DNA of 54,355 nucleotides, counting the filler, from Basidiobolus ranarum (Eukaryota): NCBI GenBank assembly GCA_040143965.1. It is 4 parts of 4 records of this genome, joined end to end, with 100 filler letters (N's around TTAATTAATTAA, not from the genome) between each part and the next. Parts side by side here need not be neighbours in the genome. Positions count along the whole stretch, not along the records: positions 40,897 to 54,355 come from JASJQH010007355.1; 3 more parts are not named here. The stretch is one strand, 5' to 3'. The notes under the pieces were generated by a model. That model had not been told where the DNA came from. It did not search any database and saw nothing but the letters and a program-made list of their open reading frames with translations. This document shows positions 49,201 through 54,355 of this stretch, in pieces (the stretch's first letter is position 1; each line of letters opens with the position of its first letter). The position numbers and the translations under genes are program-made.

Positions 49201-49399
49201 CCAATGCAAGATATTTCTTAATAACGATTGACAGGCTCAGTGATATCTCAATTAGTGAGTTAAAAATATAGACATCGGTGTTATTGTTGTATAGTGCATG
49301 TTATACAGAAGCACTCAATATCAAATATTCTCCTGGCACTTCTGTAGAATGGAGTATTTGCCAATCAACATACCTTTTCAAATAAAAATTCTGGACTTG

Positions 49400-50330
49400 G
49401 TATCTCTTAGGAGTTACAATATGTAGTATATATCTTGACAGGTAGAATGCCTCTATATGATTCGGAGTTTTTCAATTACTTTCAAGCTGACATTCAGATT
49501 TAGTATACTGCTAAGAGTTTTACATTCTGTAGGATAACCATTTGAATATCTATACCAAAATATCGTAAAATACGCCTCCAGCACCTGAATAGATACAATA
49601 CTCTTGTGGTCATCCTAATTCTTTTCTTATTTGACAAGTTTCTTAAAGGTTAGTATGTCTACTATCACTCCGTCATTCTATATAATATCAGAGCAGGTTC
49701 TCAGTAAAATTTAAAATGCCAAGTACGCAATTATTTGCAATCTTTATGGTTCTTGACATGAGTTACTTGGGTTTGATTAGATACTACATGATGACTTGCC
49801 CAGTATTATTACATTCTGCTTTAGGAGAATATGCAATGATATCAAACAATAAATCAGCATTTCTAGACAATTTTTTGCTCAAGTTGTGCAATCATAATGG
49901 TAATATAGTTTTCTGGGTTATAAGTGCTTCTAAGCTAGCTTCAAAACCACTATAGACTGATATTATTGGTATATTGCAGATAAGTATCTAAGTATTCTTA
50001 TATCATGCTTAATATATTTCAAGTTTATCTACTTTGGATATATCCCAGTGTCAAGAAAAGATTAAACTTTAGCGTTCATTCTAAACACCATCTTCAACCT
50101 TCTTAGTGCTGTAGGAATGCAATTCTGTTGCTACTTTTCTTCATTTCCAACGTAGGAACAAGTACTTATTTGCAATAGAGTGCATTGTTCTTCCAATTAT
50201 TCCAAACAGTTCTAATCCATCACAAGTACTTACAACAGATAGAGCTATTGATTATAACGGAAGTGGATACACCAGAAAAATACGGTTTGCCGAATACTAT
50301 AGGAAGGAATCCACAATCCCCAATATTCTT
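49400..50330 (-). mobile_element. Possible very degraded LINE RT relic
   Basis: Only weak remnants such as WCLE*TLKFN (cf. W..xLxFNxxK) and LRYL. Boundaries are guesses. Confidence 0.25.
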
Positions 50331-52670
50331 ATCAAAATATCAGAGAATCTAAAATTGCTTCACATTAAGGATAACAATTATTGATGACAAAGTGGCTAGA
50401 AGCTCAAGTAATGTAATATCTTTAGAGATCACATAGCCTGTGGGAAGCCTTAGCATGATCGATCTGGGATTACTGAGTTATAGCCATTTATAAAGGCGAA
50501 TGAAAAAGGTGGATCAGCTATGAACGCGAGTGTATATTCCATCTAGCACCATTGATTCTGTCAAAACAAATCGAACGAGCCGGAAACTGTGGTGAAACAT
50601 TGAATCTAGAGATTTCACTTTTACTCAAGTTGATATTCATACAAAAGCCAAAGAGAAAGAAATTCAGCTATAGTTTGTACATTTCAATCTTACTATTCAC
50701 TACCAGATCCTTTCTCTTCTACTTCTCCACTTCGGCCCTTTCTAACCTGAGAGCAGCTCGTTATCCACATTTGAAGCAACCAAATACTTTGGATGTTTCG
50801 TTCGCATTGATGAATGTGCTTGGTTCTGATGAACATATTTAGGAGTAAGTGACTTTAGAAATTTCTTTACACCAGTGAACAAGCCCTATATTTTGTGAGC
50901 AGGTAGTGTTTGAGAAAGTCGAAGGGTGAGAACAATAGCATTGGATTCTTGGTATTGGATGGAGGAAGGGAATATCAGTAATCTTTGGGAGGATTTTAGG
51001 TTTGTTTACTTGGAGTGTACTCGGGCATCAATAGCCATAGGATAGACTACTATATTTTATATAACTCTCATTACTACAAAAAACATGTTTATTAGAGTTA
51101 ACATTTATGATTTGCGCTCATTAAAGCGAGTCACCGTACTTTATATGTGTACTACAAAAAGATGAATGTAGAAAACAAATCAATATTCATGCTAGACAGT
51201 TTGGTCAGTATGGGTAGCCGACGCTAAACACTTCAAACTCAATGGTAAGAAGTGGGAATATCGTAAGTCGTTATAGGGATGAAATTGACATTCATCTACA
51301 TTCTATTCAAATCTACTGCAAAGTCAGGCAAGTTCTTACTTGAAGAAATAGTACAATAGATAGAGATATACATAGATGATCTGCTCACGTGTATTATATG
51401 GAGAGTAGGGAAGATGATATAAGGTGAGATTTGGCGTATATCTTTGAATCCTGTAACATGCCTAGATCCTCCTGACTAAAACTATAACACTAGATATGTG
51501 GATATCAGCTCACCCCATTCGGCAATAACTATGTAATCACAAGTTGCAATCATCTTAGATGCATCTATTAGCATTGTGCTATTTGAGACAAAGCTGGGCA
51601 TTGTAGAATTGAAGACGTAACAACAACACGATCATTAGCAACTTGCTTAAGGAATGAGCCATAAAGAAGGTTCTTCACTTCTAGCTTATTTCACAAGTTC
51701 TTGGAAACTTACTGGTACGTCGGTAATGATATGCCGCAAGAGGCCATTTTTTAACTTATTCATGCAAATTCCCTGATCCTATTTCTCAATTCACAGTAGC
51801 CAATCAAATTTGATTCTCTGATTTGCCAACACTAATCAGTATCTGAACACTTAATTATCCCAACGCTAGAGGTTGCGGTACCGCGAACATACATGAATAA
51901 ACATGGTAACAGAGATGACCCAAGTTGCTGTCTAAGATGGTATAGTGCAAGGTTAGGCATATCTATAGAGATTCTCAAGTCTCTGAGTTACAAGAGCCGA
52001 GCGCCTCTTATGCTACGCTGAATATGCTCTCATCAGGCCTTAATCCTAGTCACAATTTGGGCATCTTGTGACTGTATTCTCTGAAATTCAAAACTGACAT
52101 CAGCCCTAAAAAAAATATGGATTACATCACCGTCCATTGATGAGCGCGGGGATCCATTTAGTTCAAACGTTGGTCTGTACTGAGAACACTTTTCCGCGCC
52201 TTTATTCGCTGTGGTTTCTTCGATTTGAATTCAGCCATGCAAGATTTTGGTCGGTTAATCTAATTTTGCCTAGCCTGACGTCAGTTACCTTGCTTTAACC
52301 AAACTCCGATGTTGGCGAACAAACACTACCGAAAATACAAGTAACAAATGTCTCAATGCGGGAAAGGATCGGGAAACTTGATATCTGAGTCTGGTTGTTA
52401 ATGTAAATCTTTAATTACTTTGATGGAAACTTGACAGTAGGATGATTGTACAGCCTGATCACCAATAAGATGTCCGTATAGTGAATTGTTCCTTCTAGTC
52501 GGGCCCAATCATGGATGGCTGAGTGGGTCTAGGTATAGATATAAATGAAGCTGAAGGAAACGAGAGGGTCCTGAAACTACAGCTCTACATTCCCACTTCA
52601 CTCATAGCCAACCAACTTTGTCTAACTCTTTCATTACAGCTAACGCGTCTGCATCTATATTTCTTCTTCA

Positions 52671-53638
52671 ATGCTGAATATTAAAAGAAGCCTGCCCTTT
52701 CTACTGACTGCGATCATTGCGTTAGCTGGTTGGATTTGCTCCTTCATAGGAGTGATCATGTATGGAGCAGCGGGCTTTCACTGGTGGATCGTTATATTCC
52801 ACCTCATATTGATAATTGGAGTTTTCGCCTACGCGTTAGTTTCTAGTGTTAGAGGGTTCCGCTACTCGGTAGGATCACATCATACTACCATGTCCCTCAT
52901 TTCTAGTCAAACTGGTATTAACCTCATTATGCTCACAGTTTTTGCCATGGATTGCCATTGGACTAGTGCTGCTAACTATAGGAACTGATGAGACCGTCTA
53001 TTCGCACGTCTCTAAAGTGAAACTCATCGCTGCGGGATATATCATCATGGGGATTCACCTTGTACGTTGACATTTTATTTCTCTTTGGTTCCCCCTCCTA
53101 ATGATTTTTCACAAGGCTATCTGGGCATTCGGTTTCGGAAGCGACCATGGATCTAAAGTCCACCGTTGGTTCCATCCAGATGCATATGAAGCTATCCCGG
53201 AGCAAACTGCTAGCTCACGACCAGAAGCCCCACCAGCCATGACCCAGACTGCTCCAACACATCCAGCCGGCCAGTATCCAATCCTTCCAGTGAACCCAGA
53301 GTATAAATATCGTGTTCGCGCCTCCCATCCTTGTAAGTACCCTTGGGGCTTTATCCTACTGTTGTTACCCATTCATGGACAAGTATTCTAATCACAAACT
53401 TCTACTTCATCATTCTGAACTACAGACACCGCTAGCCGTGAAGATCCAAACGAGATGTCATTCAGTAAAGGAGATGTCTTAGAGGTAGTCGATACAAATG
53501 GAAAATGGTGGCACGCGCGCAAACCTGACGGAACTATCGGCATCATACCTAGCAACTATGTAAGTATACACCATGTACAATTCACTTAACTAACCAAGCT
53601 AATACCCGACGAATTTGTAGGTGGAAGTAATAAACTAA
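52671..53638 (+). CDS. SHO1: Sho1-like osmosensor (4 TM + SH3). Exons 52671-52868, 52939-53061, 53116-53332, 53426-53559, 53621-53638 (about 229 aa)
   Basis: TM motifs AGWI, WW, AAGYI, W..FGS and SH3 YTASREDPNEMSFSKGDVLEV..GKWWHARKPDGTIGIIPSNY. Four GT-AG introns all keep the frame. Confidence 0.92.
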
Positions 53639-54355
53639 TATCGGGCCTAACTCTTAACCAACTAAGCACCTACAGTTCTTTAAACCAAATTTGGGTCATA
53701 AACAAACCCACAAAGAGCCTAGTTAACATTAAGCCATCGTACCAATAGTAACATATATCTCATCTTTGAATAGACTACCACTTGTCTTTTCTTTGCCAAT
53801 ATTTTAACCCAAACCTATATCATTCATGTAAACCCCATTCATCTGTGAGATAAGGTCTACCCATCTGTCTTCACTGCTACGCTATTATTGATGCTATAAG
53901 TAAATCCATCATTTCTTTCACTCTTTTACTAATCAGTTTGTGAAGAATTAACGAAGCTAATAAATTTTTCACCGGATTTCTGTTTATTAAATCAACTGTC
54001 ATCAATTTCACGGTTATTTTGGATCGTATCTGTATTAGTTGGGTTTACTGTATGATGAGAATAAATAATTTACTTAACAAATGAAGGGAAGTCTTGGGAT
54101 GTATCTACTGTAAAAGGGAGAATTGATCAGTTGGTTGATCTCCCTAGTGTAGTCATTAAGTGCTTGATATATATATATGCTTACTCAAAGTGTAAATCAA
54201 AATTTCAAGACCAGTCTGTGATGATAGATCAGAGCCATAGTTAAAGTTGGAGTAGACGATATAGATCATCTATGTAACCATTATGGCTCAAGTCTATTAC
54301 CTTCTGAATTCCCAAGTTGTTTCTCAAATGATTTACATATTTTTGGACTGAATAT

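Noticed and set aside
46300-52600. 6-kb stretch searched for tRNA, rRNA or hidden genes
   Set aside because: Only short motif-less ORFs and a faint possible LINE trace; nothing supportable.

Overview
Eukaryotic, intron-containing, AT-rich DNA. It is most consistent with an early-diverging fungus (short GT-AG introns of about 55-95 nt, Sho1, a Hoy1/Phx1-type homeobox gene, a CBM19-like domain; the taxon is inferred). The window is four separate contigs (1-13562, 13663-27213, 27314-40796, 40897-54355) joined by artificial N44-TTAATTAATTAA-N44 spacers, so adjacency across spacers is meaningless. Contig 1 is the most interesting. It holds two tandem secreted CHAP amidase genes, a secreted (CX3C)4 peptide, and a divergent gene pair encoding a PaaK-like adenylating ligase and an ATP-grasp-like ligase fused to an Fe/2-oxoglutarate dioxygenase. 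That pair has the enzyme set of an NRPS-independent, E-64/dapdiamide-type amide pathway. Between the two genes lies a frameshifted relic of a divergent two-barrel RNA polymerase, probably from a virus or linear plasmid. Contig 2 has a giant coiled-coil gene, a homeobox transcription factor and a partial secreted M49-like peptidase. Contig 3 has a DUF3472-like secreted protein, a mucin/CBM19 pseudogene, a gag relic, a GT23-like fucosyltransferase and U1 snRNA. Contig 4 has an ankyrin gene end, a secreted MBL-fold hydrolase, a helical-repeat protein and SHO1. The better-preserved retroelement copies are almost devoid of CpG. All family calls come from motif recognition by eye, with no database search.
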